From contig NC_087437.1 of assembly GCF_036321535.1 (NCBI RefSeq), forward strand, positions 61,692,001-61,756,000: DNA of 64,000 nt, read 5' to 3'. Positions within the stretch are counted from its first letter, which is position 1. The number at the start of each line of letters is the position of its first letter. Shown here piece by piece: positions 39,845 through 52,300 of the stretch. This DNA comes from Camelus dromedarius (Eukaryota). A model generated the notes under the pieces. That model made no database searches. It was not told the origin of the DNA and saw only the letters and a list, made by a program, of their open reading frames with translations. The position numbers were made by a program, and so were the translations under genes.

Positions 39845-40842
39845 GTCTATAAAGTCTATTGTGATGTCTCTTGTTTCATTCTTGATATTGGTTATTGGTG
39901 TCTTCTCCCTTAATATTCTTAGAGGTTTATCAATTGTATTGATCCTCTCAGAGAATCGCTTCTTGGTTTCATTGATTTCTCATTATTATTTTTCTATTTT
40001 CCATTTAATTGATTTCTGTTCTTTATTATTTCCTTTCTTCTGCTTTCTTTGAGTTTAATATGCTCTTTTTCTAGTTTCTTAAGATGGAAGTTTAGATGAT
40101 TAATTTGAGATTATTTTTGCACTTTAAATATTTCGTTATAAAGTTCTAAACTCTAACTATATCCTGCAAATATTAATTTGTTATAATCTTATTTTCATTC
40201 AATTAAAATATTCTCTAATCTTCTTTGTTACTTCATCTTTAACCTAAGAATTACTTAGAAGTTTATTGTTTGATTTTCTAGTATTTGGAGATTTCCCAGT
40301 TATCCTTTTGTAATTGCATTGTAGTTGAATTTAGTTATAGATAGAGAACACCCTTTATATGATTTCAGTCTTTTTATGTTTCTTAAGATTTGTTTTATAG
40401 CCAAAAATGTTGTCTATCCAGGTTAATGTTCCATGTGTACTTGAGAAGAATGAACATCCTCTTGTTGTTGGGGCAGGTGGTTGGTTCTATAAATGTCATT
40501 TAGGTCAAGTTAGTTTTAGTTCTGCCCAGGTCTCCCACATCCTTCCTGATTTTCTGTCTACTTGTATCGATTACTGAGATAGGAATGTTGAAGTCTCTAG
40601 CTCTAATTGTAGATTTGTCTATTTCTCGTCTTAGTTTTCAGTTTTTGCTTCATGTATTTTGAAGCTCTAGTGTTAGGTGTTTACACATTTTAGATTATTG
40701 TATTTTTTGGACACATTTAGCATTACATACTGACCCTCTCATTATCCCTGGAAATTAATACTCCTTGTTTTGAAATATGCTTTGTCTAATAACTAACATA
40801 GCTGCTCTGGTTTTCTTTTGATTAATGTTTGCATGATATATC

Positions 40843-41360
40843 TTGGGAAACCAGACATGTTTCTGATGAAACAAAATTATAAGTATATTTTAAGGCAGGA
40901 CCAGAAAATCTAAACATAAAGTTCTCTCTGTCTTTTTGGGCTTCCTCCCTCCCTCCCTGTGTGCATCTGCATTACACATTAACCAGGCCTCCTCAAAGAT
41001 GGAAATGCCTGCTCAACCAAAAAGATCAGTTTTTCCCTTTCTTCTGGTACTAGGAATGTAATTTCTTAAAAGAATAGCGTTCTTTCCCAACTCTGTAGGG
41101 GGTCACAGTGACTTGATGCTTGCTTTGGCTTTGTGTGTACTTACCTGGACTATATATCTTTGGTGAACTTTGTGTAAAATATCACTATGTCATTTTGATG
41201 TACGATCCTTTCTTGAAAATGTATGTGACTGTGCCTTTGACTTCTAACAGGTAGAAGGAACAGCTCTCAGAACTTCTGAGAGTGTGTCTCCCAGGTTATA
41301 ATCCTCAGTTTGACTTGAATAAAATTCCCTTTCTTCTTCTTAACTTGTTAATTGAATTTT
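40843..41360 (+). mobile_element. LTR (MER34-like, ERV1 class)
   Basis: AATAAA near the 3' end (41318) after ggttataatcctcagttt; family call tentative. Confidence 0.5.
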
Positions 41361-41814
41361 CCTCATTTCCAAGAGTCCTCTGCTAGTGGAATCACACAGG
41401 ACATGCTTAATCCCTTCAGCAGTAATTTGTAACAACAAGCACAAAATGTTGTCTGCAGGGAAGCTCATCTGAGTCTAGGAGCCCAGGGTTTTTGTTGGAG
41501 ATTGGTCATGTAGGCACCTTTTCACTCACTAACATTCCTGGCTCTGAGAAGTAAACAAATGTTCAGCATAAACTATATTATTTCTATTAACAGTTTTGGC
41601 ACAATGAGACTCCCTTATCACTTAGGGAAGTTTTATATCACTGTAGGGGAACTATTTTCCATTCAAGTTCTTTGACCAGTGAAAGGTCAAATTTGCAAGT
41701 AGGCCTTTCTAAAGATAGCAGGCAGAGGCCTGCTATATTAACTGTTTTATGCACAATAGCCTTATATTTACTTATATATCATTTCCAGTTGTTTTCATTC
41801 CTTCATATAGACCT

Positions 41815-42164
41815 GGTATAAACTGAATGTTTGTTTCCCCCCCAAATTCATATGTTGAAATCCTAACTCTCAGCATAATGGTTAAGAGGTGAGGTCTTTG
41901 GTAGATGATTAGGTCTTGAAGGCAGAGCCCTTAGGAATGAGATTAATACCTGTATGAAAGAGCTCTTGGCCCCTTCTGCCAGGGGCTACAATGAAAATTT
42001 GAGAATATGGCCTTAAGAAACAAGAATTGGGCCCTCACTAGACACCCAGACTTCTAGTACCTTGATCTTGGACTTGCCATCCTCCAGAAGTGTGAGGAAT
42101 AAATTTCTGTTGTTTATAAGCCACCAGTATGTGATATTCTGTTACAGCAGCCTGAGCTAAGACA
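41815..42164 (+). mobile_element. MaLR LTR (MLT1A-like)
   Basis: ccccaaattcatatgttgaaatcctaa...aataaatttctgttgtttataagccacc...ctaagaca. Confidence 0.8.
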
Positions 42165-43736
42165 AGATCCGAGGTACCATCTAGTGTCATTTCTGTTACC
42201 AAAAAGAACTTCCTTTAGTGTTTCCTGTGGTGGGGGTCTGCTGTTGATGAATTCTTTCCATTTCTGTGTATCTGAAATATCTGTATTTCCTCTTCTTTTT
42301 TGAGGAGGCGTTTCACTGGATACAGACTTAAGTGTTGAACAGCTTTCTTTTAACACTTGAACTATGTGTTCCATTGTCTTCTATCTTCATTTTTTAAAAA
42401 TTAGTTAATTTTTAAAAGCAGTTTTAGATTCACTGTAAAATTATGAAGAAGGTACAGAGATTTCCCAAATACCCTGTTCCTCTTTACATGCATACAGCAT
42501 TCCCAACCAGAGTGGTACTTTTGTTACAACTGATGAAACTGTGTTGACACGTCATAATCACCCAAAGTCTACAGTTTAAATTAGGGTTTACTCTTGGTGC
42601 TGTACATTATGTGGGTTTGGACAAATGTATACTGACATGTAACCATCATTACAGTATCATACAGGGTAGTTCACTGCCTTCAGAATCATCTGTGCTCCAC
42701 CTATTCATTCCCACCCTTCCTTCCCTGGCAAACACTGATCTTTCTACTGTCATAATTTTGCCTTTTCCAGAATGTCATATAGTTGGAATCATATAGTATG
42801 TAATCTTTTCAGATTGGCTTCTTTCACTTACTGAGAAGTATTTAAGGTTACTCTATGTCTTTTCATAACTTCATAGGTCATCTTTTTTTTTTTTCTTTTT
42901 CTATAGAGGAATTGTTAGACGAGACTACCCAGATGCGAAAGGTACATAGGTCATCTTTTTAGCTCTGGATAATACTCCATTTCTGGATTTACCACTGTTT
43001 ATTTATATATTCACATACTGAAGAACACATTGGCTGCTTTTAAGTTGTAGCAGTTATGAATAAAGTTGCTATAAACATCTGTAAACAAGTTTTTGTGTGG
43101 CTGTAAGTTTTTAACTCATTTGAGTAAATACCAAGGAGCATGATTACTGGGTAGTTATGGTAAAAATATGTTTAATTTTGTAAGAAACTGCCAAACTGTC
43201 TCCCAGCGTAGCTGTACATTTTGTATTCCCACCAGCAATGAATAACAGTTTCTACTGCCCCACATCTTTGGCCAGCATTTGGTGTTGTATGTGTTCCAGA
43301 TTTTGGCCAAAATCTGTCAAAGACCAGTTGACTGTATTTCTATGGATCTATTTCTGGGCTCTCTATTGTGTTCCATTGATCTATTTGTTTCTCTTTTGCC
43401 AGTATCACACTGTCTGGATACTGTAATTTTATAGTAAATCTTGAGGTCAGGTTTTCTCAGTCCTTCACCTTTGTTTTTTTTCTTTAACATTTTGTTAGCT
43501 ATTCTGGGTCTTTTGCCCTTAATATAAACTTTGGAATCAGTTTGTTGACATTTCACAGTATAATTTGTGGGATTATGATTCAGATTTCATTTAATCTATA
43601 GATGAAGTTGGGAAGAATTGACATCTTGATAATATTTGAGTCTTCCCATCCATGGGCATGAACTGTCTCTCCATTTATTTAGTTCTTTTATTTTGGGGGG
43701 GGGAGTGTTACACTTGAAATTTAGTTTATTAATTTT

Positions 43737-45565
43737 TTATTAATAGATTTTATTTTTTATAGCAGTTTCAGGTTCACAGCAGAATTGAGCAGAAAATACA
43801 GAGAGTTTGCACATAGCCCTCCCCACCCACAAATATATACTCCTCTACCCTCAGTATCCCTCATCAATGTGGCATATTTGATAAAATCGATGAACCAACA
43901 TGGGCACATTACTATCAACCAAAGTCCGTAGTTTACATTAGGGTTCACTCTTTTTTTTTTGTTTTAAACTTTTTTTTATTGAGTTGTAGTCATTTTACAA
44001 TGTTGTGTAAAATTCCAATGTAGAGCACAATTTTTCAGTTATACTTGAACATACATATATTCATTGTCACATTTTTTTTCCACTGTGAGCTACCACAAGA
44101 TCTTGTATATATTTCCCTGTGCTATACAGTGTAATCTTGTTTATCTATTCTGCATATGCCTATCAGTATTTACAAATTTTGAACTCCCAGTCTGTCCTTT
44201 CCCACCCCCCTCCACCTTAGGGTTCACTCTTGATGTTGTATATTCTATGGGTTTTGACAAATGCATAATGACATGTAGTCACCACTGTAGAATCATACAG
44301 AATAATTTCATTGCCCTAAAAATCCCTTGTGTGCCATCTATTCTTTCCCTCCTCCCTCTCCCAAACCCCTGGAAATCATTATCTTTTTATTGTTTCTGTA
44401 GCTTTCCCTTTTCCAGAATGTCATTTGGTTGGAATCATATAGTCTGTAACCTTTTCAGACTGGCTTCTTTCATTTAGTAATATGTCTTTTAAGTTTCTTC
44501 TAGATCTTTCATGGTTTGATAGCTCATTTCTCTTTTTTTTTTTTACTGCACATGTATTTTTTAATTTACATATATGTACTGTTCATTGTTTCTAAGAATG
44601 TTTAGAGCTTTAGCTTTTAAACTTACATAGTTATCAAAGGAATAAAGCCAACCACAAAATAAGAATTAATTAAAAAAGATACATACACCCTGCTGTTAAC
44701 AGCGACATTATTTACAGTTGCCAAGATACGGAAGCATCCTAAGTGCACATCAATAGTTGAATAGATAAAGATGCAGTATATACGTATTATATAATGGAAT
44801 ACAACTCACCTATAAGAAAGAAGGATATTTTGCCATTTGCGGCCCTTCATTCACTTTTTTTTTTTTTCACTTCAAAAACCAGAATTTTATAACTGGCACA
44901 AACATTTCTATTGCATCAAAAACAACAAAATACCTAGAAATACTCCGAAAACCGAAATGACACAAAGAAATGGAAAGATTTCTTTGCTCTTGGATTGAAA
45001 GAATCAACACTATCAAAATGGCCACACTACCCAAAGCAATCCACAGATCCAGTGCAACCCATGTCAAAATACTCATGACATTCCTCAAAGAACTAGAACA
45101 AGCAATTCCAAAATTTATAAGGAACCACAAAAGACCCCAAACAGCCAAAGCAATATTTTGTAGGTCTGTCTTTCTTTCTTCTTTTTGTTCTCTTTCCTTA
45201 TGGTTTGATGACTAGAGAAGTTCCTTTAACATTTGTTGTAAAGCTGGTTTGGTGCTGAAATCTTTTAGCTTTTGTTTATCTGTGAAGCTTTTGATTTCTC
45301 CCTCAAATGTGAACAGAAGCTTTGCTGGATAGAGTATTCTTGGTTGTAAATTTTCCCCTTTCATCACTTTAAATATATCTTGCCATTCCCTTCTGGCCTG
45401 TAGATTTTCTGCTGAAAAATCAGCTGATAACCTTGTCAGTTCCCTTGTATGTTATTTATTGCATTTCTCTTGCTAATTTTAATATTTTCTCCTTATCCTT
45501 AATTTTTGTCCGTTTCATAACTATGTGTTCCTCTTTGGGTTGACCCTGTGTGGTACTCTCTGTGC
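43737..45565 (-). mobile_element. Composite L1-derived (HAL1-like) retro-insertion
   Basis: 17-bp direct repeat TTTAGTTTATTAATTTT at 43720-43736 and 45566-45582 encloses an L1 ORF1 piece, inverted ORF2 pieces, internal poly(A)s and an L1MC-type tail. Confidence 0.7.
43953..44216 (-). mobile_element. Younger 5'-truncated L1 3' end nested inside the composite element
   Basis: T-rich tail; 15-bp TSD TTAGGGTTCACTCTT (43938, 44217). Confidence 0.88.
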
Positions 45566-45650
45566 TTTAGTTTATTAATTTTAAGTTGGGACCTCAATTA
45601 GCTAATCTATACTTTTTTCCCCCCAAATCTATTCCTTTTTTTTTTTTCAG

Positions 45651-45748
45651 GTGATAAATAAGGTCCATCTTAAGGCAAATCATGTTGTAAAGAGAGATAT
45701 TAATGAACATTTAAGAATCAAGATTGTCTATGATAAAAGTATTGAAGA
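45651..45748 (+). CDS. LMLN: LMLN exon 2 ([33 protein letters not shown])
   Basis: Poly-T tract with cag acceptor, gtaagt donor; 98 nt. Confidence 0.96.
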
Positions 45749-46430
45749 GTAAGTACACCATTATTTTGTCATCTTTTTAAATTAAGAATCAAACTATTGA
45801 AGATAGTTTCATCTGTTACCTAGAGTTCCATAGATGGAACTAGGTGCTAATGCACCCTCAAAATGGAATTAAGCTAAATATGCTTTTTAGTTTGGAAAGA
45901 TGAATGCCATAGGATATGGTTTGACTCTACACATCATGAATAATTTAAACAGAACCAGTGTATATCTACTTGGATTTGGTCAGTAACAGACCTAGAAGGC
46001 ACTTCCACAATAAGTACTTGGAGGAAAATAAGAGGAAGTACTAATGTATATAATAATGAGAATATTTATGAAGTTATTAACCAGAGAGATGATGTAGCCT
46101 AATTTTTAGTTTAGTGTAAGGGGAGTCCAGAAAGCAGGTAAATAATGAATCTGTAGTAGTTTTTGAACAGGTACTAGGAGTAATTGATGTCTTTCTCTAT
46201 CTTTAATTTTCCGAAGAAATGAAGCAGTATGTTATCATGCCTGGCGTTGTGTTTTGGCACAGAATAAACTCTTAAATGCTCATTGAGGTAAACTGAGATT
46301 TGAGGGGACTGGTACTGCATGTTTCCACAAAGCATTCCTTGGGGCTCCTGCCAGATGTATTCTGAACAAATGAGACTGTACTCTGCCCTTAGCATGGCAA
46401 TTTTTATGTTTTATGTCATTATATTTTCAG

Positions 46431-46461
46431 GTTGCTCCCTGAGAAAAGATACCTTGTAAAG
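46431..46461 (+). CDS. LMLN: LMLN exon 3 (LLPEKRYLVK)
   Basis: ttttcag acceptor, gtatgt donor; 31 nt, phase consistent. Confidence 0.92.
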
Positions 46462-46816
46462 GTATGTAATAAGTACTCATGGCTTGAATTGAATACTTAA
46501 AATGGGTGGATTTTGTTGTATGTAAATTTTACTTCAGTAGTGAGGAATATATACATGACTATTTTGTGAATGACTGAATAAAAGATGTTAGTAGTGAATA
46601 TATTTATACTTTTCACCAATATATTTATCAAGTTATAAAATGAGAAGGCTAACTTAATATCAAATGTGAACTTGTATCTAACTAGTATCTGTATTCCAGA
46701 ATTATAAGGCCTTTTCCTTCTTTCCCCTTAGTCATGAATATCCTATGCTTGCTTGTTATAAATATAATTCATCTTTTGGCAGTAATTCTGACTGGTTTTT
46801 TTCCACTTTTATTTAG

Positions 46817-46899
46817 AACAAACTTTTCCCACAAGCTGTTTATTATTTAGAGAAGACTTTTCAGGTCCGTAGACCTGCGGGCACTATATTACTTAGCAG
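46817..46899 (+). CDS. LMLN: LMLN exon 4 ([28 protein letters not shown])
   Basis: tttag acceptor, gtatgt donor; 83 nt. Confidence 0.96.
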
Positions 46900-47385
46900 G
46901 TATGTCACATTACACACAGGTCATTTTCTTCCATTGTTTAGGACTTTGTCCTCCCCATTCTGTCAGTTGGCAAGTTATGTAATTTATACTAGAATAGTCT
47001 ATTATGCTGGCTCTTAGAGACCAAACTGCAAGGTATCTAAAAAGAATAAAAGAGAATCTGCTGTATGATCATTCTTTCCCTGATTTTCCATTATGAGGTG
47101 ACCCAATGGATCTTTTCCTCAGATATGGTTATCCCCTGTTCCCCACATCTCCTTCCTCCCTCCTTTATGTGTATAGTATTGGCTTTTGAAGTATCTGAGT
47201 GTTTGAAAACCCGGATCAGGAGGACTTCCCATGGAACCAAAATTCTTTCTTTGTCTACTTTTCTAACTAAAATAGTAACCATTATTAATGAACAAAATCT
47301 AGCAGCCGCTAGTTTTTTACAGTGTTTTAGCTGCTGTTAACTAATCTTTTTTTTCTAATTAAATTGATGTGCAAATGACCTGAAG

Positions 47386-47509
47386 ACAATGTGCAACAAA
47401 CCAATACCAATACCTACGAAAGGAAAATGATCACCATAGATGCTGTACTGAGAAATGTGCAGAGCATACAAAATGTGGCCCAGTTATAGTGCCTGAGGAG
47501 CACCTCCAG
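47386..47509 (+). CDS. LMLN: LMLN exon 5 ([24 protein letters not shown]...PEEHLQ)
   Basis: Weak gaag acceptor, gtaatt donor; 124 nt keeps frame. Confidence 0.92.
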
Positions 47510-47814
47510 GTAATTCACCCTACTCTTAGCAATGTTTTTATTCTTTAGAATAAACTTAGTACAAATTTTGAATCTCTGCTTGTCACCAAGAAGCTTTTAC
47601 AGACAAGTTCAAAAGCTTAATTCTTCTACCAAAATTAATCAAGTTAGGTATGCTGATTTTATTTTTTCATTGGTTTTCAAATGAATTTAATGATTTTTTT
47701 TCTCCTTTTTTTCCCTTTTTTCAATTTACCTCTGGGGCTGCTGAATCATTTCAGCTTAAACTTTATCTTTGCCCACCAGAGCATCTTTTAGTAGGTATAT
47801 ACCTCAGTATTTTT

Positions 47815-47934
47815 GGGGAGGTGGTTAATTAGGCTTACCTATTTATTTGTTTTTAATGGAGTTACCAGGGAAGGAACCCATGACCTCGTGCATGCTAAGC
47901 ATGCATCCTAAACTCTGAGCTATATCCTCGCCCC
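47815..47934 (-). mobile_element. tRNA-derived SINE (Vic-1-like)
   Basis: Same family reversed; TSD ATACCT(C/T)AGTATTTTT (47799, 47935). Confidence 0.85.
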
Positions 47935-49191
47935 ATACCTTAGTATTTTTAAAGGGCAATTTAACATTATCTCTTAAAATTAAAAAAACTTGTATGCTTC
48001 AACCCAACCTAGAAATATATTCTATAAAAATACTTGTGTGTAATATATATTCACAGATATTCTTTGCAAAACTATAAATATGCCTATATTAATATTAGTT
48101 AAATTATGATATAATTTATTGAGAATACAAATTTCTTGAGAGTGTAAAGGGTTTTAGGGATATGTTTAAAAACTAAAACAATTTGTTAATTACATATTTA
48201 TCTCTTTTCCTAAGACATTTAGAGACATTTCTTAGGCATCTAAAACACTTTGTTTTGCTTTTTTCTAAAGTTATTTTTTGTTTGTTTTTAATTCTCTTGG
48301 CTTTTCCAAATTCTGCTTTCTACTTATCTTCTTCAGGGTCCTGATTTTTTTTTTTTTAAACAAATGAGTGATCCTGGGAAAGAATGCTTTAAAATCATAG
48401 CTTTTCATAACATCAGCTAGTAATATATTAAAGTAATTAAATTTTAAAATTATATATACATGTGTTAGAGAAGCAAGAGTAAACATTGTAATGAAATGAG
48501 GATTTCTGTTTTTTCTCTCTCTACAAACATCACTAATATCTAAGAAAACCCCACCATTTACTGATTTTTCTATTTATAATTTGGAGATTATGATTGTTTA
48601 GGAGCTTTGATAGAAGAAGTTCTCTAAAAAGCAGATCTTAAAAGAATAATTTGCTTAGGAAAGTAGAAACAAGAGTAGTATTACAAGACGAATTTAACTT
48701 TTTACCTTATATACTTTTGTATTATCTGAATTTCTAATAAGATAAATGAATTACTTTATAATAGAAATAGATTTCCATTAGATAAAAAGTTGTTATTGAT
48801 TAATTTTGAAATAACTATAGATTCACAGGAAGTTGCAAAAAAAATGTGTACAAGGAGGTCCCTTATAATCTTCACCTAGTTTGAGGGTTTAAAAAAACCT
48901 TTTATATTTCTGTCTTTTTTGCATCCTGATTGGATGCCCTTTATAAATAGCAATTTTTTATTTTAATTAAGATTATACATTTATGATTATTATATATAAA
49001 GTAGCAATTTTAGTAAAATAAAATTAGAGATAGGAATTGAGTACAGAGAAGTATGCGATTTGATAAAAGTTGTGGGATAATAAATAAAAATTAAATCATA
49101 CATATTTAGAGTCTGGATTCACTATAAATTAAAAGTCCCTATAGCTAATTTTATCTCTGTTCTGATTTTCTGTTGTCCCCCATGGGCTTAG

Positions 49192-49370
49192 CAATGCAGA
49201 GTCTGCTGTGGGGGTAAGTGGCCCTGTGGAGCAGTGGGTGTACCAGACCAGGAGGGCGTCCCGGACGCAGACTTTGTTCTTTATGTTGGTGCCCTGGCTA
49301 CTGAGAGGTGCAGCCATGAAAACATCATCTCTTATGCAGCCTATTGTCAGCAGGAAGCAAAAATGGACAG
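49192..49370 (+). CDS. LMLN: LMLN exon 6 ([13 protein letters not shown]...[10 protein letters not shown])
   Basis: cttag acceptor, gtaaac donor; 179 nt. Confidence 0.95.
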
Positions 49371-52300
49371 GTAAACTTTCCCCTGAGACTTATTCCCCAA
49401 TATCTAATATAGGAACTCTTAAACAAACCATATTATAAGTGTTTAGAGTACAGGAAGTTTGCATTTGCCAGATTGCGTCTCGTAATAAAAAAAACAGCAT
49501 ACTGCCTGGCTGGGGCTGCGATGGGGGATTCAGGTTATAGGACTGTTATGCATGTGGTAATGTAAATACCAATGCCAAAGAAAAAGTCTACTGTCAATAG
49601 CGTTCTCTTCGGAAAGTAGTAAATACCTCTCTAAGAAAACAATTTGAACTTTAATATTAGCTCTTCTGTGCTAAACTGTAAGATGTTAAAAATAACTGTT
49701 CATCTAATTGTCATATAACTTGATATGTCCTTAGCCCAATTATCTCTTAAAAATGTAGAGTCTTTTTTATTTATAAAATATTTTAAAAAATTTTTCTTTG
49801 TGAAGCAGCCTTGAAATGAAGTTATTATACATATGGAAGACTGTCACACACCAGACAAAGCAATGAAAGGCAGTGGAAGTTGCCATGTCTCAGAATACTT
49901 TGTATGTGACATTCTCAAATCTAGGAGAGTTAATGTGACCAGTTCATGTGTATGTAAGGACCACTGCTGAGTTCCTGAACATTCACCTATCTGTCAAAGA
50001 CTAGATGACTTTAAAGAGATGTTTCATTTCTATTGATATGTAATTAATTTAAGGGAAAAATAAAAGAAATTGTTAGTTGAACCAAGTAGACAATAAAAAG
50101 GCAACACTGATATATACTTCAGAATTAAACTGTCAAAACTGAAGGTGGTAAGGAGGTCAAAATCAGCATCGTGGATTGTGAAAGCAGTCTGTTAGCATGA
50201 TACTGTGTAATTGTTGATCCGTGAAATCAACTCAAAAATCTTTAGCTCTGAATGTTGAAAATGTTTTGAGTCAAATATTGAGTGTATTACTGAAGAAGAA
50301 AGTGCTATAATGCTTTTGCAAATATATATGTACTACTGTTTAGTAAAAAGAATATATGTATTTAATAGTGTTCTTTTTCCCCTGAGACACTGTCATTATG
50401 GTGTAATTAATGATGTCTCCATATCAAGGAAATGTATTTGAAGTGCTAACTGAATCATAAGTTACTTGATAAAATGAGATGCTTTTTAAAGTAGATGACT
50501 TTGAGAAATATACCTTCATAATAGCAGTGCTGCAAAATCATGGGTCTTTATCTTAAGTTGACCTAAACCATATGGATTGTACACACACAGTTTCATTTTT
50601 AATATACTCTTGAGTGTTGAAAGAATATTGCAAAACAGTATATATAATATTTCATATCTGTTTTTAAAAAAATCTGTGTATTTGAATGTGCTAAAGAAAA
50701 AGTCAGAAATAACCACCTATCCCAATTTTCTCAGGAGTTAACCTTGTTTTAGCCCTAAAAGTCCCATAATCCTGGGAAACCCCACAGCCCTGGGCAAACA
50801 GGGATGGCTGGTCACCCTAAATATAAAGCATCCCATTTGTTGATAGCAGTTACCTGTGTAGGTGAATTTAGTGGCAGTAAATTGTAAAATAGGGAGTTTT
50901 TCCTTTTTTCTTAGTACATTTCTATAGTTTGGATATATATATACGCTTTACAATGAGCTTTTATTACTTTTTTAAAATAAAAAACATGTTAAAGTGAACC
51001 TTATGTATTAAGAACAGAATGACTTCCCTCGGGAGTTGCGGGGAGGGATATAAAATCCCATGGTGGTTCTAGAGGTAGGTCTAGATTAGTTCATCTCTGT
51101 TCAGCATCTAATAATACTGAAAGTACTTAGAGTATCTAATTGTCTTCTGGGGAAAGAATCCAGCACAGGAGTTGTCACACAGATGAGGATCCCATAGCCC
51201 AGAGGTGTGTTTCAGTTTCATTGCACTGCTAGTATGTTTCTTTAAAGCACTTAAGCATTTCATTTACATTCCATATGAATGACTAGCTTAAAGAATAAAT
51301 GTTCCTTGTATCAATGAATTTGAAGCTACCCATATATGTCTTCTCATAACTGAGGAAGATTTTGGTTTCTTCTGAGGAGAAATTGATGTTAGAAGAAAGA
51401 GTAGTATCTTCAGTTGTTCTTTTTGACTCTTTCTGATAGTGATGAAACTCTATCAAAACTGCTGAGGAAACTGCTATATTGCATTAATTCATTCCATAAA
51501 TGTTTGAGTGCCTAAATATGTTGCCAGCAGACTAGGTGAACAAAATAGACATATGTACCTGCCTCGTGGAACTTAACAAATTACAGAGGAAGACAAGATA
51601 TCAATTAAATACAGTTACAAATAGACCTGTGACTTCAAAATATGATAAATACTTTGTAGAAAAAAAACAGGGTGCTACAACATAAAAGAGAACAAAAGGG
51701 AGAAACATAATTTAGATTAATCAGGCAAAGAATGCCTCTGTGAAAAAGTGAAACTTTAAGTATAACCTGAAAATTCTTAGGCTTTAGCCAGATAAAGAGC
51801 TGGAGAAAAGAGCTTGTGTTAGGAAAAAGCTGTGGATACTGGTGCTGTTAGAAGCCGCTTCAGCAGAAACTGTTTGAGAGATGCATTGAAGGGAGAAGCA
51901 GATAGGACTGTTTTATTCTAAATGCTGTAGGAAGTCCTTGATGGGGTTTAAGCCTGACAGTGACATTTATATTTTAGAGGTCACCATGGCAATATTTTGG
52001 TGATTTTGGCAATATTTCATACTTTTCTAAGTATAAGTCTGTTGTTTTGAAGTATGAAGAAAGTGCACTGTATTTTTTTACCTAAATAAGGCAAATGTTA
52101 CTCTGTAGGCCATCACCATTTGGGGAGGTTTGTGGTGTTTCTGGGGTAAATGTTAAGGTAGTGCTGGGAGAAAAGACCTTGGGGTTACTTACCATTGCTG
52201 TTTGTCACAGCTTTTGAAAGACATGTAATTGCATGGTGAAACTGACTGAATTACTCGGGTCCTAATCAGCTCTTGGACTCTCAGGCTCTAGGCTCAGAAA

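Larger units (their letters stand above)
37340..43690 (-). mobile_element. Nest of old antisense L1 fragments in LMLN intron 1, interrupted by several LTRs
   Basis: T-rich L1 ORF2/3'UTR remnants (e.g. ORF 43317..43556); boundaries approximate. Confidence 0.7.

Noticed and set aside
44970..45215. L1 ORF2-like ORF as a functional gene
   Set aside because: Short internal fragment inside the composite retro-insertion, not an intact ORF2.
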